Positions 17,869 to 27,157 of a stretch of 64,000 bases of DNA are shown here, one piece after another. The notes beneath the pieces are model-generated. The model saw nothing but the letters and a program-made list of their open reading frames with translations. It ran no database searches and was not told the DNA's origin. The translations under genes were made by a program, and so were the position numbers. The stretch spans positions 64,001-128,000 of IMG/VR virus record IMGVR_UViG_2595698668_000001, one strand, 5' to 3'. Position 1 is the stretch's first letter. Each line of letters begins with the position of its first letter. This DNA is from a virus (lineage: Duplodnaviria > Caudoviricetes).

Positions 17869-18200
17869 TCATTATTTTGATTTTTTGCAAACTCTTTGAT
17901 CACATCAATATTGACACCAAAGTTGTATTGGTCTTTTAGATTGTCAAATTCACAATCAAAACCACGTTGGTTTGCTTGTTTGATGACTTCAACCAATACA
18001 AGGTTTTCATCAAACTCCATGGATGCAGGGACAACAGCAGAAATATAATCGCACACCATTGAGTATGAAACGGTTCCAATCAGAGAACGACGATTGAGCA
18101 TATCCCGAATTACAGCATTCAGTATTTCATCAACAATTTTATCGGTACTACGCTTATTCCGAATGGTGATCTCCGTCAGCAAATCTTTTGCGTCATACAT
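17865..18200 (-). CDS. hypothetical protein
   Basis: Start MYDAK with SD GGAGG. Confidence 0.6.
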   Translation of the reverse strand: MYDAKDLLTEITIRNKRSTDKIVDEILNAVIRDMLNRRSLIGTVSYSMVCDYISAVVPASMEFDENLVLVEVIKQANQRGFDCEFDNLKDQYNFGVNIDVIKEFAKNQNND

Positions 18201-18456
18201 TTCCAACCTCCAATTCCAAAAAACCTTTCTCATCAAGGATCTTACATGCATCAATTACAACAACGTAGTCCATAGCACAACACACTGGTGTCCCATAAAC
18301 TGAACTGTAATAAACCACATCTTTCAATAGCCCCGGAAGGTTGTTTCCGTAGATATCTTTCAGCGGAGAACGGATTTTTCCTTGAAGATGAGGCTTACAT
18401 GCCAACATCAACCGATCCGCACAACGCCCTGCTTCGTTCCAACTTACATTTTTCAT
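18193..18456 (-). CDS. hypothetical protein
   Basis: Start MKNVSW with SD GAGGA. Confidence 0.55.
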   Translation of the reverse strand: MKNVSWNEAGRCADRLMLACKPHLQGKIRSPLKDIYGNNLPGLLKDVVYYSSVYGTPVCCAMDYVVVIDACKILDEKGFLELEVGNV

Positions 18457-18469
18457 CAGATATTTCCTC

Positions 18470-19246
18470 TTATTTTCCAAACCACATTCTACACAGTTTA
18501 TACTGGTTTTCAACTGTTTCGAGACGACCTTTACCATAATCACGATTGAAAGAGCCCCAACGATTAGAACCACTTTCCCAGATTTTGATGGCCTTCTTTG
18601 TAGGTGCTCGCATCATAATTCCAGATGGAGCCATTACCTTTGATTCTTTTTTCGCGATGATTGTCTCACCTTCCAGATAATGGCCGTATCCGTCAGGGAT
18701 TGAGTCCATTACAGTTCCAGAAAGAAGATGTTCCTTCTTAATCTCAAAAGCCCCACCACCACAAGTAAACGGCTTGTCGTAATTTTTACCTTGAATGATC
18801 ATATGGGTGCTATTTGTAACAGTTACTTTACCATACCCCGGAACCATGTAAACAACACGTCCACGACCAGCAACTGGGAGACTATGACGGGATACACCAT
18901 CACAACCAAGAGATTTCGCAATCCGTTCCCACACACGATCATGGTTACTTTTACCACGAGTAACATAATCAACAAGGTGTGCAATTTCGTGAGGGATCGT
19001 GTTGTGGAAAATATGATTCCATTCCTTCATCCCTTGCACCATCAAATTGATGTTAATCTTGATAGTGTACTCTGTATCGCTCCATCCTTTATTGGTGTAA
19101 CTGGCGATACCTGCACAACGCCCTGTACATTCTTTAAACGTATACTTAAAACCAGCCATCTCTGGGTAGAGTGTCTTTGCAATTTCCACAACTTCCGCAA
19201 TCCGTTTCTCAACAATCACTCGGGCTTGGCTCTTAATCAAAGACAT
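18470..19246 (-). CDS. SprT-like zinc metalloprotease
   Basis: AGIA...IKIN...TIPHEIAHL...NHDRVW...LG. Confidence 0.85.
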   Translation of the reverse strand: MSLIKSQARVIVEKRIAEVVEIAKTLYPEMAGFKYTFKECTGRCAGIASYTNKGWSDTEYTIKININLMVQGMKEWNHIFHNTIPHEIAHLVDYVTRGKSNHDRVWERIAKSLGCDGVSRHSLPVAGRGRVVYMVPGYGKVTVTNSTHMIIQGKNYDKPFTCGGGAFEIKKEHLLSGTVMDSIPDGYGHYLEGETIIAKKESKVMAPSGIMMRAPTKKAIKIWESGSNRWGSFNRDYGKGRLETVENQYKLCRMWFGK

Positions 19247-19276
19247 CTCTATTTCCTCTCATCAGTTGATATGAGT

Positions 19277-19305
19277 ATACTACATCAAAATTTATACCGG
19301 ATCAA
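19277..19305 (-). promoter_or_regulatory. sigma70-type early promoter
   Basis: TTGATC-N17-TAGTAT (overlapping TATACT) upstream of the SprT gene. Confidence 0.6.
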
Positions 19306-19585
19306 CAGTTTTATTTCCAAAAACGCTAGAAGGGTCAAAAATCTTTTTGTTGACCTCTTCTTTCAACTCGTCATACCCAACCCCAGTAACCCATTGACTC
19401 ATGGAATCGGTTGCAAATATGATAGAATCATCAATAAAATATTTGTAATGGGTGAAATCCATGTACATTTGTGATCTAGCAAGAGATATAATGAAATCAG
19501 CAAGAGTTTGTTTGTTCGCACAACCACTCATGACGAAAGCACTAATCACATTTCTATTTTGAGATTTGGATAGACGGTGATTCAT
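19292..19585 (-). CDS. hypothetical protein
   Basis: 97 aa, coupled. Confidence 0.55.
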   Translation of the reverse strand: MNHRLSKSQNRNVISAFVMSGCANKQTLADFIISLARSQMYMDFTHYKYFIDDSIIFATDSMSQWVTGVGYDELKEEVNKKIFDPSSVFGNKTVDPV

Positions 19586-19836
19586 CGGATCACCTTAACA
19601 ACACGAGGGTCATTGTAAATACTGAAATTACTTCCCTCTTGGTCTTCTCTCCAAGTCTTCAAGCAATCTTCACACTCGATATCATACCAATATGAATCAA
19701 ATCCATCCCAGTTTCCGGTATTGGAACCTAGTTTCAGGATAACAGCATTGTGTGGACATTTACACCGAAGTTCTTCTATTTGACTACGAAGTTCTTCAAT
19801 CTTCTTCAATTTTGCGATAATTTTTACTCGACTCAT
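19582..19836 (-). CDS. Zn-binding hypothetical protein
   Basis: CPH ... CEDC. Confidence 0.6.
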   Translation of the reverse strand: MSRVKIIAKLKKIEELRSQIEELRCKCPHNAVILKLGSNTGNWDGFDSYWYDIECEDCLKTWREDQEGSNFSIYNDPRVVKVIR

Positions 19837-20018
19837 AGCAATTCCAGATCTGCATCAGAATGAATTTCAAACTCTTTATCACAGAAGTCACAAGTTGTAG
19901 TTTCCCCTCTCGGGTCTACACACCAACCATCCAGTTCCTTATTGCAATGTGGACAAACCACATAAACACCACACAACTTAACACCAATTTCAGTTACTTT
20001 CATTATATTTTCCTTCAT
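19833..20018 (-). CDS. Zn-ribbon protein
   Basis: CPHC...CDFC. Confidence 0.65.
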   Translation of the reverse strand: MKENIMKVTEIGVKLCGVYVVCPHCNKELDGWCVDPRGETTTCDFCDKEFEIHSDADLELL

Positions 20019-20581
20019 GCATATTGTTTTAGAGTCTCAACCATAGCATAACCGTGCCAAGAGATTTCTGCCACCTCTCTTTCGTATTTTTTCAGGTTTT
20101 CTTGATTGAACCAATATTCGTTACGTTCACAAACAGGAACACGAACACCCAGATTTTCAAGTCGTTTGAAGTAGGTTTCGCAGCAGAACGGAACAAATCC
20201 ACGTTTCAACCATACGATCCGACCATCAAGAATCGCGGACGTAACAACTTTTGTTATACCAAGTGCCTCGCATATGTCAACAGTACAACGAAACATATGT
20301 TTAACAAGCCCTTTCCCTTGAAATTCTTCACCAAGGGAAAATGTGTCGTGCTCATAATGACCTGTACGCAGGTTAACGACACGGATCATACTGAGTTTCT
20401 TTCCGCAGGACAAAGAGAATTCGTATTGGTTCCCTTCATATTGAGTAACAAGAAGTTCCATATTTGAATCGTCGATTATTTTAGATGCAACAACCGCAAA
20501 TTTTGTGAAATGCTTAACAACAATGTCAACACCTTTGCAATGTTCAAAGCTTGTGTAATCACATTCATATGAAACTTTCAT
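20015..20581 (-). CDS. GNAT-family acetyltransferase-like protein
   Basis: Acetyl-CoA motif EEFQGKGLVKHMF, then WLKRGF. Confidence 0.7.
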   Translation of the reverse strand: MKVSYECDYTSFEHCKGVDIVVKHFTKFAVVASKIIDDSNMELLVTQYEGNQYEFSLSCGKKLSMIRVVNLRTGHYEHDTFSLGEEFQGKGLVKHMFRCTVDICEALGITKVVTSAILDGRIVWLKRGFVPFCCETYFKRLENLGVRVPVCERNEYWFNQENLKKYEREVAEISWHGYAMVETLKQYA

Positions 20582-20611
20582 TGTACTACCTCAGAACAGT
20601 TGATAACCATG

Positions 20612-20639
20612 ATTATAATCTAACGGCTATGGGAGTCAA
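20612..20639 (-). promoter_or_regulatory. sigma70-type early promoter
   Basis: TTGACT-N16-TATAAT. Confidence 0.65.
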
Positions 20640-20893
20640 CTATAATCGAACAAAAATTCTTTTACTTCGTCTGGCTTGAAAATCAAACCATCTTCTGTTT
20701 CGAAATACCAGTTGTTACCGTGTCCTTGTTCCCAGTTTAAGATAACAAGAAAGACATCGTTATAATGTGGTGGTTCTCCAAGGTCTTTTGTGCGAATCAC
20801 CAGTTGTGCATCATATTCCATATAGATGGCATCACACATATACTCATGAAAGGGTTTCCAACCCAAAGAGTCGTAATATTCGACCATACCCAT
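20636..20893 (-). CDS. hypothetical protein
   Basis: Start MGMVEY with SD GAGGA. Confidence 0.55.
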   Translation of the reverse strand: MGMVEYYDSLGWKPFHEYMCDAIYMEYDAQLVIRTKDLGEPPHYNDVFLVILNWEQGHGNNWYFETEDGLIFKPDEVKEFLFDYS

Positions 20894-20898
20894 AATTG

Positions 20899-21012
20899 TT
20901 ATTCCTCTTCTGATGTGCAGTATTCGCATACATCATCGATACCACCATCAAGGGCACCACCACATTCAGGACAAAAACATACTGGTTGATAAATGATATC
21001 GATGATTTCCAT
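20899..21012 (-). CDS. 37-aa Zn-ribbon microprotein
   Basis: Manual translation MEIIDIIYQPVCFCPECGGALDGGIDDVCEYCTSEEE with SD GAGG; below the ORF-track cutoff. Confidence 0.6.
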   Translation of the reverse strand: MEIIDIIYQPVCFCPECGGALDGGIDDVCEYCTSEEE

Positions 21013-21017
21013 AATTA

Positions 21018-21311
21018 TTACCTCAGTGATTTTATTAATTCAATAATCTCACGTTCTCCATCAGCTTGCTTGATAAGGTTCTCAGCCTGCCAACGGTAAC
21101 TCGCTTCTGTATCAACACACCTAGAGTACACCTTAGAGATCCATTGGTCAATACCTTTTTTATAGGTTTTCTCATAATCATTACACTGACCTAGTTCTAT
21201 CTTCTCCCCGTTAATAACCGCAACTAGATAATAACGACTACTCCGGATTACAGAAAATGGGCCTTTGGTTTCAATCAGCTTGTCATTTTTGTATTCTTGA
21301 AAAATTTTCAT
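21018..21311 (-). CDS. hypothetical protein
   Basis: 97 aa ORF in operon. Confidence 0.6.
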   Translation of the reverse strand: MKIFQEYKNDKLIETKGPFSVIRSSRYYLVAVINGEKIELGQCNDYEKTYKKGIDQWISKVYSRCVDTEASYRWQAENLIKQADGEREIIELIKSLR

Positions 21312-21326
21312 TCGAATTCTATTGCC

Positions 21327-21617
21327 TCAAAATTCTAAAAATCGCTCAACCAATTTACCATTTTCATCACGAATACCACCTAACCCTTTATTGATCAGAT
21401 GGATATCACCAGTATACTTAACAACTCTGTCATAGTCTCGGTTATGACGGTTGTTCAACCACATTTCATAGTACCCCTGTTCATGCTTATGAACATAGTA
21501 GAACCAACATTTCTTACCTAGTTTAAACACGCGACCTAACAACAGAGTAGAACCGTTATCCATACCATGGATAACATAGTCTCCTATTTTTAGTTCATTA
21601 CCAAACATATCCAACAT
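21327..21617 (-). CDS. hypothetical protein
   Basis: MLDMFGNELKIGDYV start typical of small phage proteins. Confidence 0.65.
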   Translation of the reverse strand: MLDMFGNELKIGDYVIHGMDNGSTLLLGRVFKLGKKCWFYYVHKHEQGYYEMWLNNRHNRDYDRVVKYTGDIHLINKGLGGIRDENGKLVERFLEF

Positions 21618-21629
21618 TTTTAAATCTCC

Positions 21630-21659
21630 AAAAGAAAAGGGAACCCCGAAGGATTCCCT
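21630..21659 (-). terminator. rho-independent terminator
   Basis: GGGAATCC-ttcgg-GGTTCCC followed by TTTTCTTTT. Confidence 0.75.
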
Positions 21660-21670
21660 ATAGTTTACTA

Positions 21671-22624
21671 TTATTCACGGGCATTAGTCAACAGAAGTTT
21701 TGACTTAATCTTAGTGATTTGGTTCTTTCGTCCCCGCCAGTGTTTACCACAGTGGGTACATTTATACTGCTTGAACTTACTGACTTCGGTATACGCAAAT
21801 CCAGCATCTTCAAATTCATGATTACCACATACACAAGTGAATTTATCGGAGTCGGTATAAAGAGAGAAGTTCGGAAGGCGATCTGACCATGGAGCCAATT
21901 TAACATACAGTTCTTGGAGAGATACGATATCATCAATATTATATTCTTCCATTTCTTTCCAAGCTTCTACATTACCAGCCAAACATTCTTTCCACAATTC
22001 GAAACCGGGGAATTGAGTATGTTTAGATTTCTTGGTTTCTGTACATAGCTTATCGGTCATATATTCCAGCTTATTGGAAGTAAAACCAAACGTGCGTTTT
22101 GCGATCTCAAGAGTATCAATATGCTTCACGGTAGAGAACGGTTTCATACCATGAACAATCATACGACTGCGAATCTTTGGAATATCAAACCGACGACCAT
22201 TCTGATGAAGAACGATATCTGCTTCATCAAGAAGCTCCCATAGAACTTTCAACATTTCTGAATCGTCTTCGATATTTGGAGCATTTCGCTGATCCATATA
22301 AATGATTTCGTCACTGTCAAACCATTTAGCAGCAAAACTAAGCATATACCAATCGGACTCGATCATATTCAGACCAACGTTGGTCTTAAACAAGCGCCAT
22401 ACATGAGCCATAATCGGGGCAGTTTCAATATCTAGAACTAGAACACGGGGACCGGTTTTGATGTCATCCACGATATTATTCTCTTCCATGAAACGCTCGT
22501 AATAATAGTTTACGGAAGATTTTGAAATACCAAGTTCTTTCGCAATTGCTCGCGAACCCATACCCTTGTTCTCTTTCATCTCGACAATCTGCGAGATGAC
22601 AGTTTCGTAATTACTGATAGCCAT
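21671..22624 (-). CDS. DEDD/RNase H-like 3'-5' exonuclease with N-terminal HTH and C-terminal Zn ribbon
   Basis: GSRAIAKELGISKSSV (HTH); LDIETAP, HQNGRRFDIP, IDTL, YNIDDI; CVCG...CTHCG. Confidence 0.85.
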   Translation of the reverse strand: MAISNYETVISQIVEMKENKGMGSRAIAKELGISKSSVNYYYERFMEENNIVDDIKTGPRVLVLDIETAPIMAHVWRLFKTNVGLNMIESDWYMLSFAAKWFDSDEIIYMDQRNAPNIEDDSEMLKVLWELLDEADIVLHQNGRRFDIPKIRSRMIVHGMKPFSTVKHIDTLEIAKRTFGFTSNKLEYMTDKLCTETKKSKHTQFPGFELWKECLAGNVEAWKEMEEYNIDDIVSLQELYVKLAPWSDRLPNFSLYTDSDKFTCVCGNHEFEDAGFAYTEVSKFKQYKCTHCGKHWRGRKNQITKIKSKLLLTNARE

Positions 22625-22707
22625 TATTTAAAGTACCTTATGTGTTTTGTTATAAACATTATATATCACAATGTACTCATGTTTTGATTTTGATTTTCTC
22701 ATAGGTT

Positions 22708-22727
22708 AAAAGGGGATTACTCCCCTT
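22708..22727 (-). terminator. terminator after rIIB
   Basis: AAGGGGA-gtaa-TCCCCTTTT. Confidence 0.75.
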
Positions 22728-22729
22728 AT

Positions 22730-23923
22730 TTAGAACTCGTGAGTTACGTCTGAGATTACTTCATAAGTCCAAGTACGAAGTTTCGCATTGTTGTAATCAG
22801 TTGGAATAGCAACAACGTGAGCTGGGTTGATCTTAACCATCACAACCCGATCATTCTCACAAGATGAATAGTATGGGATGTAGTGACGAGCAGCAGCATG
22901 AAGACCCGCAGCACAAGTATTGTTTCGGTCGTCATCTACCTCAAATGGCTCGACTCGTGGCTTAGAACCAATACTATTATCAAACGTGCGAGTGCGGATA
23001 TCCATATAATCACCCGTGACGCGCTTGTACGCTAGGAAATGACCATCGTTGGTAATTTTGATGTCACTATGAGTAAGGAAGTCAAAAAGCTCGTATACAG
23101 CCGCACGGCGAGGATTCTGCAACAGATTTTTCAGGAAGATAACCATATACTCAAACTCTTCACCAGACGCCCACATATCAATGATTCGTCGGGTCATCGA
23201 TGTATCAAGAACAATATCACGATAATAGAGTGTGTCGCATTCAATCCGAATATCACCAGAAGAATAGGTTTTTATCGCTTCTTTGATAGAAATCAGGTTT
23301 ACCGCACCGACCACATCATTGTCACGGATCAGGAGTTGAAGCGCATCTTCAAATCGTGGGTGGGCTCGGTCTGCAACGTATGGGGTTCCATCAATGAAGC
23401 AGTTAATAAAGTCATAACTTGCATTCCAAGATACCACTGGGGTATGAACCGGTTCTATGATGTCCTTCAAATGGATTGTTTTATCCGACTTCTTCTGAAT
23501 CCCCTTATAGCGACGAACTACATCACCTACTGTTGAACGAGGGATACCAGTTTGACGGGAAATTTCGTTTTGACTGATTCCTCGATTATGAAGTCGAATA
23601 ATTTTATCATCACGACTTTCTTCAACTTTATTTTCAGAAGAATCATGTACATCAAATTGCAAATCGATTTTATTAGTCCCAACTATCAATTTAATCAATT
23701 CTTTTATTGTAAGAGCTTCCCATCCTTCAAGTACATCGATATCGCCAAGATCTATATCAAGTTCTTCCTCGATATACATAACAAGTTCTACAACATCGAG
23801 ATCGTCTAGGTTATAATATGCAAAAGTTCTATTATTATCAAGTTCTTTTACTTTATGACCACTCACATCGTAAATACCGCTACGAATCAATGCTTCAAGT
23901 TTTTCAATATGGATAGTTTCCAT
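22730..23923 (-). CDS. rIIB: RIIB protein with N-terminal acyl-carrier-protein-like domain
   Basis: C-terminal NLLQNP...ELFDFL...DGHFLAYKRV...FDNSIG...DDDRNNTCAAGLH...IPTDYNNAKLR; internal HTH; aa 1-82 ACP-like. Confidence 0.92.
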   Translation of the reverse strand: METIHIEKLEALIRSGIYDVSGHKVKELDNNRTFAYYNLDDLDVVELVMYIEEELDIDLGDIDVLEGWEALTIKELIKLIVGTNKIDLQFDVHDSSENKVEESRDDKIIRLHNRGISQNEISRQTGIPRSTVGDVVRRYKGIQKKSDKTIHLKDIIEPVHTPVVSWNASYDFINCFIDGTPYVADRAHPRFEDALQLLIRDNDVVGAVNLISIKEAIKTYSSGDIRIECDTLYYRDIVLDTSMTRRIIDMWASGEEFEYMVIFLKNLLQNPRRAAVYELFDFLTHSDIKITNDGHFLAYKRVTGDYMDIRTRTFDNSIGSKPRVEPFEVDDDRNNTCAAGLHAAARHYIPYYSSCENDRVVMVKINPAHVVAIPTDYNNAKLRTWTYEVISDVTHEF

Positions 23924-23947
23924 TTTATTTCCTCATTTAAAAGGGGC

Positions 23948-26182
23948 TTACACCCCTTTGTAGTTTTCCATAATACGTTTAGTTGCAAGTTCGAACTCTT
24001 CGTTTTTTACACAACTATAATTTTTCTTCAACCTAAGAATCGCACATTCCATGGGGAATTGCTTTTTCATTTCGTCATAAAAATTATGATATACATCATA
24101 CATACTCTGACGATAGTTTTCAATGATATCGGTGTAAACTTGATATTCTGGTTCGCTCAAATACTCTTTGGCGTGAACATAAATATTACCAAGATCATGA
24201 TCCCAATCACCGGATTCCGAGACACCAAAATGGTCCTTCATTTCCCGAGTAATTTCCATATCAACCCTTGGCTTATCAGACCTATTGATATTCCAGCCAA
24301 TTTTCTCATCCTTTAAATTGTTATTGAGATATTCAACAAGTTTATCTTTGATCATTTCCTTTGTAACGAGAGCCAAATTCTCATTCATACCAGCCCGTCG
24401 TTCAAGGGTTTTCGGAAGTGCATACAACGTTGTATCAAACACCTCAGACAACCAACTTTGAAGACCATCAGTTACTTCATGACCATCAACAACAATATAT
24501 TCACCAGAACGAAGACCATACAACCCACTAAGCTCGTGTACATCCTTGGCAAGGAAATTGTCAGTACTGCGATACCCTTTATTATAATAATGTGAGTTGT
24601 CGGGTTTGTCTCGTGGAGTTTTAGCCCGATTCCGCTGTGCTTCTAAGCGACGTTGGCGTTTCTCTTCTGCTTCTTTCTCTTCGATCTCTTGAACGTGCTT
24701 ACCATACAATTTCTCAACATGGAAAACATCGATATCATCTTTATGGTAACGTTTTGCAATTTGAATAAACAGATTGCGAGTCACATTCTTGAACGGTTTA
24801 CGAGAATACGGGTAATCACTCATAACGACAACACGTTCATTAGGAATGATACCATACTTCATAAGAAGCTTGATTCTCACCTTCCACTTACCATCCATAT
24901 TAGACAGAAGGATTGGGAATGGATACCGTTTATTTTTTACTGATGGCATGAAGTAATCATTGAACTCGATTTTACGAGACGACCCGTAATATCTTGCGCG
25001 TTCCAGATTCCAAACATTTCGTACAGCATTACTAAATGTATCGATATAAACGAAATTTTTATTTTTGTAATTATAATCTACACAGAAATCTTTAAACAAG
25101 GACCACTCTTTAGAAGATGTAATACTTTCGTAGAAGAAGCGCCAATCTTGAAGAGACTTACCGTTATGGTCAATAATCTTTGATACTTTGTTAAAGATAT
25201 GCTCACCAAAATCCATGGACAAAATAGCATGAATTTTACTTCGAGCATCCTTTCCATGTTCAGAAACCTTCTTATTGACTTCATCAATAACTTGGTCCGA
25301 CTGGGATTTAAAATAAGAATCCAGTGTATTCAGTGTGTGTTTATCAAGACTCAATTCTTCCCGGTTCGGGAGAGGATTGAGAGACCCAACAGGAAAATCG
25401 ATAAAGCTATATGAATTATTAAAGAATACCGAACAAACCTCATTTTCATAAAGCTTAGATGGGATCTTGTAAGAAACACCACCCATAACAGCATACACGC
25501 CATTATCCATGATGGAACCATAGTAACCAGATGACTTGTAGTTAGTCAACTCGAAATTCTGGTTGACGATGTTCGGATAAAACCCATCTTTATCAAATGT
25601 GTGGTACACCGCCCTAGTTTCATTCCGAACTTCTGTAATATCGTCTTGATCGATAGGGATCACGATTTCGATGCCTGTATGCTCGTCTGACGGTTCTTCG
25701 AAGATAGGTACACACTTTGGTATACCGTTGTTCATGAAGATGCTATAGACGGTTTTGAGGCCCTTACACCACGATGTAACAGTGAACGTAGTCGTATAAC
25801 AGAATGGACTTTTAGAACCAAGACCAAACGCACCGATAAAATCGTCAGAATCTTCCTTGGTTGATGCGAAATATGTGGTGAACAAGTTGAAAATACCATC
25901 CTTGTCCATACCAATACCATAATCGCGCAGTCGCCATTGCAAATTAATATCAGACGGAAGCTCTACATCAAAATATTTCGGTGGGACTCCGCCAATCTTT
26001 TCCAGTGCAATGTGACCATCGATTGCGTTACAGCTCAATTCACGAATGAAAGCACGGATCTTAAATTTATAAAGACCGGAACTAAGAATGGTATAAGCTT
26101 TTTCATCAAACTTCATACCGAAATCGCGGGACTCTTCCATAACAGTCCCGAACACAGGTTGCTTATTTGTAACAATTTTCAT
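23948..26182 (-). CDS. rIIA: RIIA protein (GHKL ATPase N-domain)
   Basis: ILSSGLYKFKIRAFIRELSCNAIDGH, RDYGIGM, STK..S...IGAFGLGSKSPF. Confidence 0.95.
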   Translation of the reverse strand: MKIVTNKQPVFGTVMEESRDFGMKFDEKAYTILSSGLYKFKIRAFIRELSCNAIDGHIALEKIGGVPPKYFDVELPSDINLQWRLRDYGIGMDKDGIFNLFTTYFASTKEDSDDFIGAFGLGSKSPFCYTTTFTVTSWCKGLKTVYSIFMNNGIPKCVPIFEEPSDEHTGIEIVIPIDQDDITEVRNETRAVYHTFDKDGFYPNIVNQNFELTNYKSSGYYGSIMDNGVYAVMGGVSYKIPSKLYENEVCSVFFNNSYSFIDFPVGSLNPLPNREELSLDKHTLNTLDSYFKSQSDQVIDEVNKKVSEHGKDARSKIHAILSMDFGEHIFNKVSKIIDHNGKSLQDWRFFYESITSSKEWSLFKDFCVDYNYKNKNFVYIDTFSNAVRNVWNLERARYYGSSRKIEFNDYFMPSVKNKRYPFPILLSNMDGKWKVRIKLLMKYGIIPNERVVVMSDYPYSRKPFKNVTRNLFIQIAKRYHKDDIDVFHVEKLYGKHVQEIEEKEAEEKRQRRLEAQRNRAKTPRDKPDNSHYYNKGYRSTDNFLAKDVHELSGLYGLRSGEYIVVDGHEVTDGLQSWLSEVFDTTLYALPKTLERRAGMNENLALVTKEMIKDKLVEYLNNNLKDEKIGWNINRSDKPRVDMEITREMKDHFGVSESGDWDHDLGNIYVHAKEYLSEPEYQVYTDIIENYRQSMYDVYHNFYDEMKKQFPMECAILRLKKNYSCVKNEEFELATKRIMENYKGV

Positions 26183-26204
26183 AATGTATTTCTCATTTAA
26201 CCTT

Positions 26205-26492
26205 TTAAACTACTTCGAGATAATGATGTACGTCTTCCGGGTAGAAGTGGAACAGAAGCGGTTTATCGATATGGATGATTTCCGCGATTCCAAAATCTCC
26301 GTCATCGTCTTCAATCATGATACAATACTGATGATCTTCCGTTTCGTCAACATAAAATTCTTCAATACCTTCCATATCCAAGAATTTACAGATGGATTCG
26401 TTATAGTTGAATTCCATTTCATCCTCAAAATCCCACGAAGAATTCAGAAATTCCTGTTTATGGTTCTCACTTTTAAACCGGTATTTGTTCAT
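26205..26492 (-). CDS. acidic hypothetical protein (tandem paralog 1)
   Basis: YRFKSE..KQEF...HF...D...YL shared with neighbour. Confidence 0.65.
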   Translation of the reverse strand: MNKYRFKSENHKQEFLNSSWDFEDEMEFNYNESICKFLDMEGIEEFYVDETEDHQYCIMIEDDDGDFGIAEIIHIDKPLLFHFYPEDVHHYLEVV

Positions 26493-26764
26493 TATTCCAC
26501 CTCTACAAGATAGTTTTCGATGTCGGCTTGGCTGAAATGGTAGATCAAGTCTTTCAGTTCATCCGGGGTTTCTTCTAAATCGATTACGTATTTTTCATCA
26601 GGTACAAATGGTACAAGATCAAATTCGTAACGACCAGTCTTTTTAAGAAAATCAACGATCACCTTGTTTGAGTTAATACCACCCTCTTCAAATTCGGTAA
26701 AAACCTCACCAACAGAAATGAACTCTTCTTTCTCATAATCACTTCGGAATTTGTACATACTCAT
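26492..26764 (-). CDS. acidic hypothetical protein (tandem paralog 2)
   Basis: YKFRSD..KEEF...HF...D...YL. Confidence 0.65.
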   Translation of the reverse strand: MSMYKFRSDYEKEEFISVGEVFTEFEEGGINSNKVIVDFLKKTGRYEFDLVPFVPDEKYVIDLEETPDELKDLIYHFSQADIENYLVEVE

Positions 26765-27087
26765 TTTTTAACCTCATAATCAAGATACAGATCTAACCAG
26801 TCAAGCGCAAGCTTGTCAATGTCAACATTATAACCCATAACCAGTTTCCAATCAACAGTTTTCTTTGTGATTGTAGTACCTGTTTTGATTGCATTGAGAA
26901 GTTTCATGTTCTCTTTTAGAACCTCTTCGATAGGTTCTATACCATCTTCTTTACACCATTCAAGCCAGTATTCTACACTTTCTTCAAACCACCCTACAAG
27001 CTTTTCACGGATAAACCACACAGGGGATTTGTCTCCGATTGAGATTGTAGGTCTTACTGAGTGAGCGATATCATTTAGGTTAGCCAT
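26761..27087 (-). CDS. hypothetical protein
   Basis: Start MANLND with SD GAGGA and upstream TATAAT. Confidence 0.65.
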   Translation of the reverse strand: MANLNDIAHSVRPTISIGDKSPVWFIREKLVGWFEESVEYWLEWCKEDGIEPIEEVLKENMKLLNAIKTGTTITKKTVDWKLVMGYNVDIDKLALDWLDLYLDYEVKK

Positions 27088-27128
27088 AATTGTTCCTCTA
27101 TTTTCCACTATTATACACAATAAAAAAG

Positions 27129-27156
27129 AAAAGGGAACCCCATCGGTCCCCTTTTT
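27129..27156 (-). terminator. terminator after the topoisomerase gene
   Basis: GC-rich stem flanked by A/T tracts. Confidence 0.65.
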
Positions 27157-27157
27157 A

